Virus record (IMG/VR): IMGVR_UViG_3300032038_000319
Length of the DNA stretch: 36,180 nucleotides
From: a virus
Direction: 5' to 3' (one strand)
Position numbers and translations under genes: made by a program. Of this stretch, positions 25,840-33,334 are shown piece after piece. The notes below the pieces were generated by a model that saw only the letters and a list, made by a program, of their open reading frames with translations, did not search any database and had not been told where the DNA came from. How positions within the stretch are numbered: the stretch's first letter is position 1; each line of letters opens with the position of its first letter.

Positions 25840-26201
25840 ACCGATGTAACGGTTACCTTTTTCCAACCGCCGAGATGTTCGCCCTGCGTATCTGTATAAT
25901 AATGACAGTAATACAAATCGCTGTCATATTCAAACAATACCATTGCAGCCGTATTTTTTATAATCGTCATTATTGCCATATCTGTTGACTGTGTTGAAAC
26001 TGGTATGCTCACAGGATAGCCGTTTGTTGTGCTTGTGCCGTTCATCTCATATATTGTTATGCCACTCTCTGCATCACCGATAAGGCTTGACAGCGTTGCC
26101 GTTAAGCCTGATACTTCCTCATAATATGCATTATTGCCCGTTATAACAGGCGCAGAATACGGCTTGAAGCATTTGTTATCCTTTACGAAATTATCAGCCA
26201 T
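25836..26201 (-). CDS. Hypothetical protein (121 aa)
   Basis: Track ORF, overlapping both neighbours by a few nt. No recognisable motif. Confidence 0.45.
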   Translation of the reverse strand: MADNFVKDNKCFKPYSAPVITGNNAYYEEVSGLTATLSSLIGDAESGITIYEMNGTSTTNGYPVSIPVSTQSTDMAIMTIIKNTAAMVLFEYDSDLYYCHYYTDTQGEHLGGWKKVTVTSV

Positions 26202-26688
26202 TGTTCACATCTCCCTCTATACTTGACAAATCAAGGTCAAAGTTGTTTGCTTCGGCTATTAGCTTTTTTAACTCAAATTCACGCTTGCGCAAATCAAGCG
26301 TTTGCGGGTCATTCGCCCAGTTGTCACGGTCGAGGTTTTTCAAGAGCAGGTGTATTGCCGCCACATCTGCATCAACCTCTTTGATTATCTTTTCCTTATA
26401 TGTTACGCTTTTCCCGTCCTCTGTGCGTGTGTATGCCTTGACCGTTTCAAGCTTGTGTTTTTGTGCCAGCTTTGCAAGCTCGCCCTTTAAATCTGCGATA
26501 AATAACTCTTTCGATGTTTTAAAAATCTCCGAAAACTCCGCATATTTCGTCTTTGCGTCATAGTATGTTGATAATGCGATATGTAGCTGCTCACATATCT
26601 GCTCATCTGTTGCGCCGTGCCTTTTCCACTCTTTTATTTGCTCAAGATAAGGCTTGATATGCGTGTCATATTTATTTGGTCTGCCCAT
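26194..26688 (-). CDS. HTH DNA-binding protein resembling a terminase small subunit; first late gene
   Basis: Track ORF, 164 aa. MGRPNKYDTHIKPYLEQIKEWKRHGATDEQICEQLHIALSTYYDAKTKY is the N-terminal HTH pattern seen in many terS proteins. It is followed by a coiled coil. Confidence 0.5.
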   Translation of the reverse strand: MGRPNKYDTHIKPYLEQIKEWKRHGATDEQICEQLHIALSTYYDAKTKYAEFSEIFKTSKELFIADLKGELAKLAQKHKLETVKAYTRTEDGKSVTYKEKIIKEVDADVAAIHLLLKNLDRDNWANDPQTLDLRKREFELKKLIAEANNFDLDLSSIEGDVNNG

Positions 26689-26704
26689 ATAAAGCCCCTT
26701 TCAA

Positions 26705-26738
26705 ATAAAAAAAATGTCGCCCCGGATAACCGAGGCGA
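26705..26738 (-). terminator. Intrinsic terminator 17 nt upstream of the first late gene
   Basis: TCGCC (26717..26721) pairs with GGCGA (26734..26738), with an inner CGG/CCG pairing and an ATAA loop. On the - strand it is followed by CA + T8 (+ strand A-run 26707..26714). Confidence 0.7.
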
Positions 26739-27079
26739 TGAGGAGATAAGAAACCTTGTCAGAAAAAAGGTTGCAATAATTGGCAAGAGGTTTTATAGCG
26801 ATACCTCTCAAAACGCTGTCCAGTCCTGCGGCTCGTGCAAGACCTGAAATGTAAAGGAGTTTTCAAAAAGAAAACTTTGGAAAAGGGCTTATCAAGCGAA
26901 CACCCTTTAGAACGCCGCTATGTATATGAATTGCTGGTGATCGGCATTGGAATCCCACCAATCAGGCGGCGGTATAGCCTGCATTAATGACCGAACATTT
27001 GAGGGCGTGTGCGCTCGCCCTCGAAAGGCTGTGAAAATATTAAGATAGGGAAAAAATAAAATGTTTAGCTTGTATGCCC
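26739..27079 (-). ncRNA. Candidate structured leader / non-coding RNA of the late operon
   Basis: No ORF with an RBS is present. There is a series of stem-loops at 27001..27022, 26946..26962, 26882..26908, 26858..26876, 26786..26808 and 26752..26772. The region is bounded by the promoter at 27086..27114 and the terminator at 26705..26738. Confidence 0.45.
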
Positions 27080-27085
27080 ATTATA

Positions 27086-27114
27086 ATTATATCACTATGT
27101 TTTCGTACATACAA
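27086..27114 (-). promoter_or_regulatory. Candidate late promoter: -35 TTGTAT, 17-bp spacer, extended -10 TGaTATAAT
   Basis: Read on the - strand. The -35 element is at 27114..27109, TG at 27094..27093 and TATAAT at 27091..27086. Confidence 0.55.
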
Positions 27115-27120
27115 GGAAAC

Positions 27121-27150
27121 CACCGTAAAACGCCGTAAAAGCGATGTAAA
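27121..27150 (-). promoter_or_regulatory. Three helically phased 10-bp direct repeats just upstream of the -35 (candidate activator sites)
   Basis: The - strand reads TTTTTACATCGC TTTTACGGCG TTTTACGGTG. The repeats have 10-bp periodicity and abut the -35 region. Confidence 0.4.
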
Positions 27151-27170
27151 AAAATATATCCTCTGTTTGT

Positions 27171-27566
27171 CTATTTTTCACAATCAAGCTTTTTAAGATA
27201 ATTATTGATGTTGCGCCTGAGATTGTCGCCGTCTGCCTGCATCGCATCGCCTACCTCTTCCCATGTTTTGAAGCCCTCATAGCATAGCATCTCTAAAGCT
27301 CGCCTATATTCGGTTATCGGTATGCCTGCGATGAAGATGTCAATTTCGGCTACCTGCCGCTTAACGTCTTTCTGCGCAGCTATCAAATTGATCGAACCCT
27401 CGCCGTGAATGTAGCCCTCGACCTTTTTTGTAACCTTGCTGTATGCAGGCGCACCGCTCGACCCCTGCACGCTGTCATATACCTTGCGCTTGTATAGCTG
27501 GTTTTCTATGCACTCCAGTTTTTCTGTAAGTGCTTTATACTTTTTCGTGATGTCGGATGCTGTCAT
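27171..27566 (-). CDS. RinA/ArpU-like late-gene transcriptional regulator (sigma-70 region-4-like C-terminus)
   Basis: Track ORF 27171..27608, trimmed to the ATG at 27566 after GAGGTGAAACA. Size is ~130 aa, with a central SSGAPAYSK segment and a C-terminal ITEYRRALEMLCYEGFKTWEEVGDAM HTH. It is the last early gene before the packaging genes. Confidence 0.5.
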   Translation of the reverse strand: MTASDITKKYKALTEKLECIENQLYKRKVYDSVQGSSGAPAYSKVTKKVEGYIHGEGSINLIAAQKDVKRQVAEIDIFIAGIPITEYRRALEMLCYEGFKTWEEVGDAMQADGDNLRRNINNYLKKLDCEK

Positions 27567-27570
27567 TGTT

Positions 27571-27933
27571 TCACCTCGTTTCCAACCAGCGTTTTGATAA
27601 ATAGGCATTATCGGATATATCTTTATCGCTTTCTATCCTGCCCATTTGCCGTGTTAGTTTTTGATTTATAAAATAATCAATCCGTTTCTCTGCTTCGTCT
27701 CCAAAATAATGGCTTAATATCTGCTGTATCATAATCGTTACATCGGCGCATTCTTCGGCTAAGTTGAACATCGCCTGCGTTCTGTCAAACGTCTTGCCGC
27801 TCTGCTCTGCCCGTGTCAACTTTGAAACCGCCTGAATTAACTCTGCGCATTTTTCGGCTAATATTCCTTTTTGACTTTCTATGCCGTAATGCTTGCATAT
27901 CTGCTCACACTCACATTTCTGCTTTATTGTCAT
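27571..27933 (-). CDS. MazG-like nucleotide pyrophosphohydrolase (tentative)
   Basis: Track ORF, 120 aa. The paired helices LAEKCAELIQAVSK and LAEECADVTIMIQQI resemble the E..E / E..D MazG metal-binding helices. Confidence 0.4.
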   Translation of the reverse strand: MTIKQKCECEQICKHYGIESQKGILAEKCAELIQAVSKLTRAEQSGKTFDRTQAMFNLAEECADVTIMIQQILSHYFGDEAEKRIDYFINQKLTRQMGRIESDKDISDNAYLSKRWLETR

Positions 27934-27944
27934 TTTTATCCCCC

Positions 27945-28196
27945 TTAATCAGCAACATCAAAATATTCTTGGCGTTTTTTCTCCCTATATAGTTTTGCAC
28001 ATTGGTCACACATATCAATCCATTTCCCGTTTTTGTTTCTTCTATGTTCCCACCCGTGTTCTCTTGCTACACCTATATGTTGTCCAAACTCAAAGCCTGT
28101 TATTTCAGTCCATAACACTACTTCACATATATCGCATTTTACCGCAATACAGTTTGTATCACGAAATCTTGCATTTGTATAGTTAAAATGTCCCAT
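27945..28196 (-). CDS. Small zinc-ribbon protein (83 aa)
   Basis: Track ORF 27945..28268, trimmed to the ATG at 28196 after CGAGGAGGATGAAG. It has CDIC ... CDQC cysteine pairs. Confidence 0.5.
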   Translation of the reverse strand: MGHFNYTNARFRDTNCIAVKCDICEVVLWTEITGFEFGQHIGVAREHGWEHRRNKNGKWIDMCDQCAKLYREKKRQEYFDVAD

Positions 28197-28395
28197 CTTC
28201 ATCCTCCTCGTTAGTTTCGCCCACTCTACCGAATGCATTGGTAAGGCTTTCCGCCGTGCTTTTTTCAACGTTAAAAGTTTTTATAATTACGTTTGATGCG
28301 TCAAAATATCCCTCAATGTATTTCAAACGCTCTCTTAAATCGGCGTTCTCCCTTTCAAGCCGTTTAATCTTCTTTTTCTTGCTCATTTTCATCAC
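28183..28395 (-). CDS. Small coiled-coil protein (70 aa)
   Basis: Track ORF with a basic N-terminus, a leucine-zipper-like KRLERENADLRERLKYIE segment and an acidic tail. Confidence 0.45.
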   Translation of the reverse strand: MMKMSKKKKIKRLERENADLRERLKYIEGYFDASNVIIKTFNVEKSTAESLTNAFGRVGETNEEDEDGTF

Positions 28396-28546
28396 TCCTT
28401 TGAATTTTTCTTAAAATCCGTTCTGCCCTCTTGTTCAAAGCCGTTCCAAGTGCGCCGCATACAATGCACATCGGTTCGTGATATACCCATATGCAGCCGC
28501 ATTTGTCGCATCGGAAACGTGGGCGTTCCTGCTCTTTCTTACTCAT
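28364..28546 (-). CDS. Small zinc-ribbon protein (60 aa)
   Basis: Track ORF 28364..28564, trimmed to the ATG at 28546 (MSKKEQ). It has CDKCGC ... CIVCG cysteine pairs. Confidence 0.5.
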   Translation of the reverse strand: MSKKEQERPRFRCDKCGCIWVYHEPMCIVCGALGTALNKRAERILRKIQRSDENEQEKED

Positions 28547-28649
28547 CGTCATTATCCTTTGCAACTATCAGCAATGCCGAAACAATAACGCCTGAGAAAA
28601 AACCTATTATCGCACCTATTCCCCCGGATATCAGATTGTCAATCATCAT
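28539..28649 (-). CDS. Mini membrane protein (36 aa)
   Basis: Not in the track. ATG at 28649 follows GAGGAGGCAAA. My translation is MMIDNLISGGIGAIIGFFSGVIVSALLIVAKDNDDE*. It overlaps both neighbours in coupling register. Confidence 0.4.
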   Translation of the reverse strand: MMIDNLISGGIGAIIGFFSGVIVSALLIVAKDNDDE

Positions 28650-28837
28650 TTTGCCTCCTCATTTAGCCACTTTGCTATGCACTCACCGCAGCTACCGCAA
28701 CAATCTGAGCTGTAAGTTATCATGCCGTCCGTTAATGCTTGCATAACGCAGTCGCATTGGAAACCTGTTATAGCCTTGTTTATATTACACAACACATCGA
28801 AGATGTTACTCTTTAAAAGCTTTTCTCTGTTCGTCAT
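28646..28837 (-). CDS. Small Cys-rich phage protein (63 aa)
   Basis: Track ORF. The pattern CDC....SSDCCGSCGECIAKWLNEE is a common Firmicute-phage small protein of unknown function. Confidence 0.5.
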   Translation of the reverse strand: MTNREKLLKSNIFDVLCNINKAITGFQCDCVMQALTDGMITYSSDCCGSCGECIAKWLNEEAK

Positions 28838-28912
28838 TTAATCACCCCCTCACTCATACCTTATAAAATCATCGCCATAAATCCCGTTCAGCACATCAAA
28901 AACGTGCCTTCC

Positions 28913-29785
28913 TCACCAAAGTGACAACTGCTCTGATTGTTCAACTGACTGACAATTTTTAACCGCTTGATTATAATAGCTCTCTTTAAGTTCTACGCCT
29001 ATCGCACGCCTGCCCATTTCAACAGCCTTATAACATTCAGATCCAATTCCTAAAAACGGTGTCAGCACTATATCGTTTGGATTTGTCCATAAATTAATGC
29101 CTCTTTCGATCACTTTGAGCTGTAACGGGCATATATGCTTTTCATCTTTGTTATCTCTTGCGGACTTGTATTGCAAGGTATCAGAGGGATTTATATCTGT
29201 CCATATAGGGCTTGCGTATTTTTGCCATATTGCAACGGGAAAACTATCGTTTGTATGAGTTATCGGCTCAGGATTATCTCCCGGCTTTCTCATCGTTATC
29301 AAATAATCTGGTATGCCTTGCCTTGACATTGCACTATCCTTTTTTATTTGCTTATGCAGTAACCCAAGTGCTTTGGTGCGTTGCATAGCAATTACTGGAT
29401 CTTTCCAAATACATACCTCCGAATGATAGATAAAGCCGTGGTCTTGAAAAAGTCTTATCAAATCACCTCTGAAATCATCTATTCCAATAAACCCGTCTCT
29501 GCTCTTGCTTGTTGGCAGATTCATACAATGCACACTCATCAATCTACCGGGCATCAAAACTCTGTATAATTCTTTAACGATAAATTCAAAATGTTCAAAG
29601 AACTCGTGCCTTGTCCTGCAATTTCCCAAATCTCTATCAGAATTACTATATGTGTATAAGCTTGCGAACGGAGGCGAATATATTATATAATGCACACTAC
29701 TATCAGGTATTTGAGGAATAACCTCGCAGCTATCTCCGTTATACAAAGCCAATCTATCTGTTATATATTGTTTTTTTACATTCAT
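28913..29785 (-). CDS. DNA methyltransferase (beta-class N6-adenine or N4-cytosine)
   Basis: Track ORF, 290 aa. Catalytic motif IV IIYSPPFASLY precedes the AdoMet motif I LTPFLGIGSECYKA, the order typical of beta-class N6_N4 MTases. Confidence 0.8.
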   Translation of the reverse strand: MNVKKQYITDRLALYNGDSCEVIPQIPDSSVHYIIYSPPFASLYTYSNSDRDLGNCRTRHEFFEHFEFIVKELYRVLMPGRLMSVHCMNLPTSKSRDGFIGIDDFRGDLIRLFQDHGFIYHSEVCIWKDPVIAMQRTKALGLLHKQIKKDSAMSRQGIPDYLITMRKPGDNPEPITHTNDSFPVAIWQKYASPIWTDINPSDTLQYKSARDNKDEKHICPLQLKVIERGINLWTNPNDIVLTPFLGIGSECYKAVEMGRRAIGVELKESYYNQAVKNCQSVEQSEQLSLW

Positions 29786-29786
29786 A

Positions 29787-31193
29787 TTATCCTACCTCAC
29801 TTCTTATCCACTCAGGGATAATTATATTTTCTGTTGCTATATACTTTTCTGTCATTCTGACAGTTGACCTTACATCATGCTTTAATATATCTTTAGTATG
29901 TCTTACCAGCTCCGTTGTCATCCTCTGTGCATCAGCTTGTTTTCTCTCTATATTGGTTTTTACAGCCCCTTCTTTTTCTGATGTTATTATATATACATTG
30001 ACAGCTTCTGTTTGCCCAAATCTCCAGCACCGTCTTACAGCTTGATAATAGCTTTCAAAACTATCAGACAAACCGACAAAAATCACATTATGACAATTTT
30101 GCCAGTTCATTCCCCACCCGGCAATTTTTGGCTTTGATATTAAAACTCTTACTTCACCTTTTGAGAAGTCCATCATCGCATTTTTTTTGTGTTCGTCACT
30201 GTCAGATCCTTTAACCTCTACACCGCCATTTATAGCTTTGGTTAATTCTTCACTTTCCTTATTTAAATCACACCATACCAAGAACTGTTCATCAGATTTA
30301 TTACATATCTCAGCAGCTACCTTTACCCTATCAAATAAGCTTTCATTTCTTGCTTGTCTACGCTCATTCAAACTTATTGACATTTCAGGAATTAGCATCA
30401 TCTGCCCACTCTCATCTTCAAGATCTAATGATTTAACAATCTTTTCGGTTATATTTAGCGGGGGCAATTTGTATAGCGAACCATCATAATCCAAATCTTC
30501 AGGATTTGTTAAGCAACACGCCCATGATGCAATCCATTCAAAAAACTTGTCTTTCGCATGACCTTTTAATCTCCACGATGATGTGTTTCCACCATCATGC
30601 ACAAAAAAAGTAGATAGCATTTCGGTCTGTGTCATAATGCCGAGAAATTCAGCATGATTACCGATCTCCATAAAGTCATTTGGTGCAGGCGTTGCAGTAC
30701 AGCATAACTTATATGGCGTATTCTTAAATTTATCTGTTATCATTTTTCTTGTCTTTCCATCATGATTTTTTAAAATACTGCTTTCATCAAGTACAACCCC
30801 AAAAAAATCATCATTAAACTTATGCAACATTTCATAATTAGTTATGTTTATACCATTAATCACATCATCTTGTGATCTGCATAAATTTACTTGAAATCCG
30901 AACTTTGAACCTTCGCTGACCGTTTGCGCTGCAACTGCCAATGGTGCAACTATTAATACAGCACGATCATTTTTTTTGGATACTATATCAGCAAATGAAA
31001 GCTGCTGTAATGTTTTTCCAAGCCCACAGTCCTCAAACAAGCAAGCTTTACCTTTACGAATAGCCCAAGCGACTATATCTTTTTGCCATTCATATAGATT
31101 CTGATTAAGTTCATTTTTATCAACTTCAAATCCACTTGCGTTTGATTTGATCTCTTTACTTTTGAGAAATTCCATATACTTTGATTTTTCCAC
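29787..31193 (-). CDS. SNF2/DEAD-like superfamily-2 helicase
   Basis: Track ORF, 468 aa. Motif I is EDCGLGKTLQ, motif II is VVLDESSILKN, followed by TATPAPN and C-terminal helicase motifs (GLSDSFESYYQAVRRCWRFGQ). Confidence 0.8.
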   Translation of the reverse strand: MEKSKYMEFLKSKEIKSNASGFEVDKNELNQNLYEWQKDIVAWAIRKGKACLFEDCGLGKTLQQLSFADIVSKKNDRAVLIVAPLAVAAQTVSEGSKFGFQVNLCRSQDDVINGINITNYEMLHKFNDDFFGVVLDESSILKNHDGKTRKMITDKFKNTPYKLCCTATPAPNDFMEIGNHAEFLGIMTQTEMLSTFFVHDGGNTSSWRLKGHAKDKFFEWIASWACCLTNPEDLDYDGSLYKLPPLNITEKIVKSLDLEDESGQMMLIPEMSISLNERRQARNESLFDRVKVAAEICNKSDEQFLVWCDLNKESEELTKAINGGVEVKGSDSDEHKKNAMMDFSKGEVRVLISKPKIAGWGMNWQNCHNVIFVGLSDSFESYYQAVRRCWRFGQTEAVNVYIITSEKEGAVKTNIERKQADAQRMTTELVRHTKDILKHDVRSTVRMTEKYIATENIIIPEWIRSEVG

Positions 31194-31208
31194 TATTTAT
31201 CTCTCCTT

Positions 31209-31544
31209 TTACGGCTTGATTTCCACGTTTGCCTGAAACTCTTTGCGTATATCAAGCCTGTATTTATCTTTAAGCATCTGCTCAATGTCCAAAGGGCTGA
31301 ACCGATGATGTAGTCTTGACGGATTGCACATCAAGTCATTCGTTGCGTGCAAAGCATCTGCAAAGTTTCTAAGCCTTTGCTTTCTCCAGCCGTAAGCCGT
31401 CAACAACGTGAAAAATACCGTGCATAACGCCTGCGCCATTATATCATCAGCGCACTCCTTGAAGATTTCTTCTCTGACTTCTTCGTATTCCTGCCGAGCT
31501 GCCTTTTTAACGTCTTTTTCGCTTGTTAAAACCCTTGCTTTCAT
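31209..31544 (-). CDS. Hypothetical protein (111 aa from MKARV; the ORF is open up to 31595)
   Basis: Track ORF 31209..31595. The ATG at 31544 has a GGTGGA RBS, whereas the ATG at 31595 has none. Confidence 0.45.
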   Translation of the reverse strand: MKARVLTSEKDVKKAARQEYEEVREEIFKECADDIMAQALCTVFFTLLTAYGWRKQRLRNFADALHATNDLMCNPSRLHHRFSPLDIEQMLKDKYRLDIRKEFQANVEIKP

Positions 31545-31641
31545 TTTTTCCACCGCCTTTTTCAAACTTTCCCAGTATCGCCGCCGTTGCAACATACGAT
31601 ATCAAGGATATTATGCCATATAGTATGAGTATGTAGATCAT
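31507..31641 (-). CDS. Possible mini membrane protein (44 aa)
   Basis: Not in the track. My translation is MIYILILYGIISLISYVATAAILGKFEKGGGKNESKGFNKRKRR*. It has a weak RBS and fills the 31545..31692 gap. Confidence 0.25.
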   Translation of the reverse strand: MIYILILYGIISLISYVATAAILGKFEKGGGKNESKGFNKRKRR

Positions 31642-31692
31642 CTTAACGCCACGTCCAATCGTGATTAAACACTTTATATCCTCTTATACTCA

Positions 31693-32082
31693 TTACATTA
31701 CCCCCGACCTATCAATTAACTCACTTATCAGCTCATCTTTGCGCCTTGCCTCATCGCTGTATAAGGCTATCTGCCTGTTGTTTTCCCACATCTTGCCGAT
31801 TTCCTCAGGCTCTTCGTGGCAAAAACATCGAAATGCTATTCGTGCAAGCGGATATTCTTCTTCGCCCCAGCTGTGTAATATCTGTACTATCGAATGCCCT
31901 GTAATCGGCTGCTCTCTGATTGTCATTAACTGATATATCTTTACTTTCGGGTGAGTAAACTCCAACAATGCGTGAACGTAATCTTTTTCAATCTCCAATA
32001 TTCTGCATTGTGTTCCGTCTTTGTTCATTATCCCGATATACTCATCATATATCTGCTTTATCTGCTCTTTGGTAAGTTCCAT
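31693..32082 (-). CDS. Hypothetical protein (129 aa)
   Basis: Track ORF in operon register. No recognisable motif. Confidence 0.5.
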   Translation of the reverse strand: MELTKEQIKQIYDEYIGIMNKDGTQCRILEIEKDYVHALLEFTHPKVKIYQLMTIREQPITGHSIVQILHSWGEEEYPLARIAFRCFCHEEPEEIGKMWENNRQIALYSDEARRKDELISELIDRSGVM

Positions 32083-32085
32083 TTA

Positions 32086-32490
32086 TCACAACTCCTTTAC
32101 ATCTACAAAAACGCCCTCTTGCTCATCCTCAAAAACATAGCATTTTTGCGCTTTAATCTCAATTACCTGCTTATCATCGGTAAAAGCTACCCCGTTTAAG
32201 CCGTCAAGCACAATCTTCACGATGTTGTCAATATCGGGCTTTACTGTGGGCTTTATCTCTCCTGCATATACCGCCGCCTGTTTTTTCTTGCTCCAGCTTT
32301 TCGGCACAAGGTAAAACGCTGTTATTTCAACCGCTATCGGCTTATCGCTTACTCCGTATCGCTCACACTTCCACAGCATCGCAATCATTTGCTCATACGT
32401 CCTTGTGCTTTCGGGCGTGACTGCATGACCTTTCCAATATCTCGGTCTGCCCTTGCCCTGTGGCTTGCCGGGAATAAATATTTGCATCAC
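32086..32490 (-). CDS. rusA: RusA-family Holliday junction resolvase
   Basis: Track ORF. IFIPGKPQGKGRPRY and KPDIDNIVKIVLDGLNGVAFTDDKQV are RusA signatures. Confidence 0.85.
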   Translation of the reverse strand: MMQIFIPGKPQGKGRPRYWKGHAVTPESTRTYEQMIAMLWKCERYGVSDKPIAVEITAFYLVPKSWSKKKQAAVYAGEIKPTVKPDIDNIVKIVLDGLNGVAFTDDKQVIEIKAQKCYVFEDEQEGVFVDVKEL

Positions 32491-32491
32491 C

Positions 32492-33334
32492 TCACCTCAT
32501 TCTGTAATTTTTTGATTTGTCTTTCGGGATATCCAGTACATAGCTTTTTGCCATTTCCCTGATACGCCCTGCTGTCGCCTCATCGAGTGCCGATATATCG
32601 TAAATCGTCAGCTCTGATGATATGATTGTTATCTTGTCGGGCTGCTTATATCGCTTGTCAATGACCTCGAATGTTTTGATAATGTCCTGCCGTGTAAACT
32701 TTGCGTCCGTTCCGTCAGGCTTGAAATAATCGTCTATATACAGCACATCAACGTTGCACAAATCATCAGCATAGCTTGCCCTTGTTTCATCTTTGTAGTC
32801 TTTGAGCCGTTCAATCATTTGCACCCACATCACATATCTTGTAGCCTTGCCCTGCTTGATAAACTCCCTTGCAATAGCCGAGCAGATATGTGTTTTGCCT
32901 GCGCCGCTTTGCCCGCCGATGTAAAAACACCTTGCCTTATCTTCTTTGAGCGTGAGGTCTTGCTTAATGAACGATAACGCCCTTTCTTTGATGTTTTTTT
33001 GCCACTCTTCGGGGGTCTCAAAATCTGCTATCTTTTTTATGCTGCCCTCTAAGCCGCTTTGCTTTAGAATGCCGATTGACTTTCTCACCTTTTGGCATTT
33101 GCAGGGCTTATATGCTATGCTCTCATCAACGATAACAGGCATATATCCTCTGTTTTTGCACTCATCGCAATTGTAGCCGTCTATCATGTCAAGCGTGCCT
33201 GTCCTCTTTAACTCTTTTTCAAGGTCATATCTCAGCCAATCTTCCGCAGAATACGCATCAAACGATTTGAATGCCTCGATATCTCTCATCTGCTCCGACA
33301 AGACCGAAGTCAGAGAGTCCATTCCTATTATCAT
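32492..33334 (-). CDS. DnaC/IstB-like AAA+ helicase loader
   Basis: Track ORF, 280 aa. Walker A is GGQSGAGKTHICSAIA and Walker B is VLYIDDY. The N-terminus carries a Cys cluster CDECKNRG...CKCQK. Confidence 0.8.
   Translation of the reverse strand: MIIGMDSLTSVLSEQMRDIEAFKSFDAYSAEDWLRYDLEKELKRTGTLDMIDGYNCDECKNRGYMPVIVDESIAYKPCKCQKVRKSIGILKQSGLEGSIKKIADFETPEEWQKNIKERALSFIKQDLTLKEDKARCFYIGGQSGAGKTHICSAIAREFIKQGKATRYVMWVQMIERLKDYKDETRASYADDLCNVDVLYIDDYFKPDGTDAKFTRQDIIKTFEVIDKRYKQPDKITIISSELTIYDISALDEATAGRIREMAKSYVLDIPKDKSKNYRMR

Noticed and set aside
26617-26847. 76-aa + strand ORF spanning the start of the first late gene and the terminator
   Set aside because: It is antisense to the late operon and has no RBS. 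It partly shadows the 26194..26688 gene, and the remainder is better explained by the hairpins.
26930-27025. Hammerhead-like elements (CTGGTGA ... GAAA) on the + strand of the late leader
   Set aside because: The core deviates from CUGAUGA at a conserved position. The intervening 'stem II' would be ~80 nt, and no flanking helices I/III with a cleavage triplet could be drawn.
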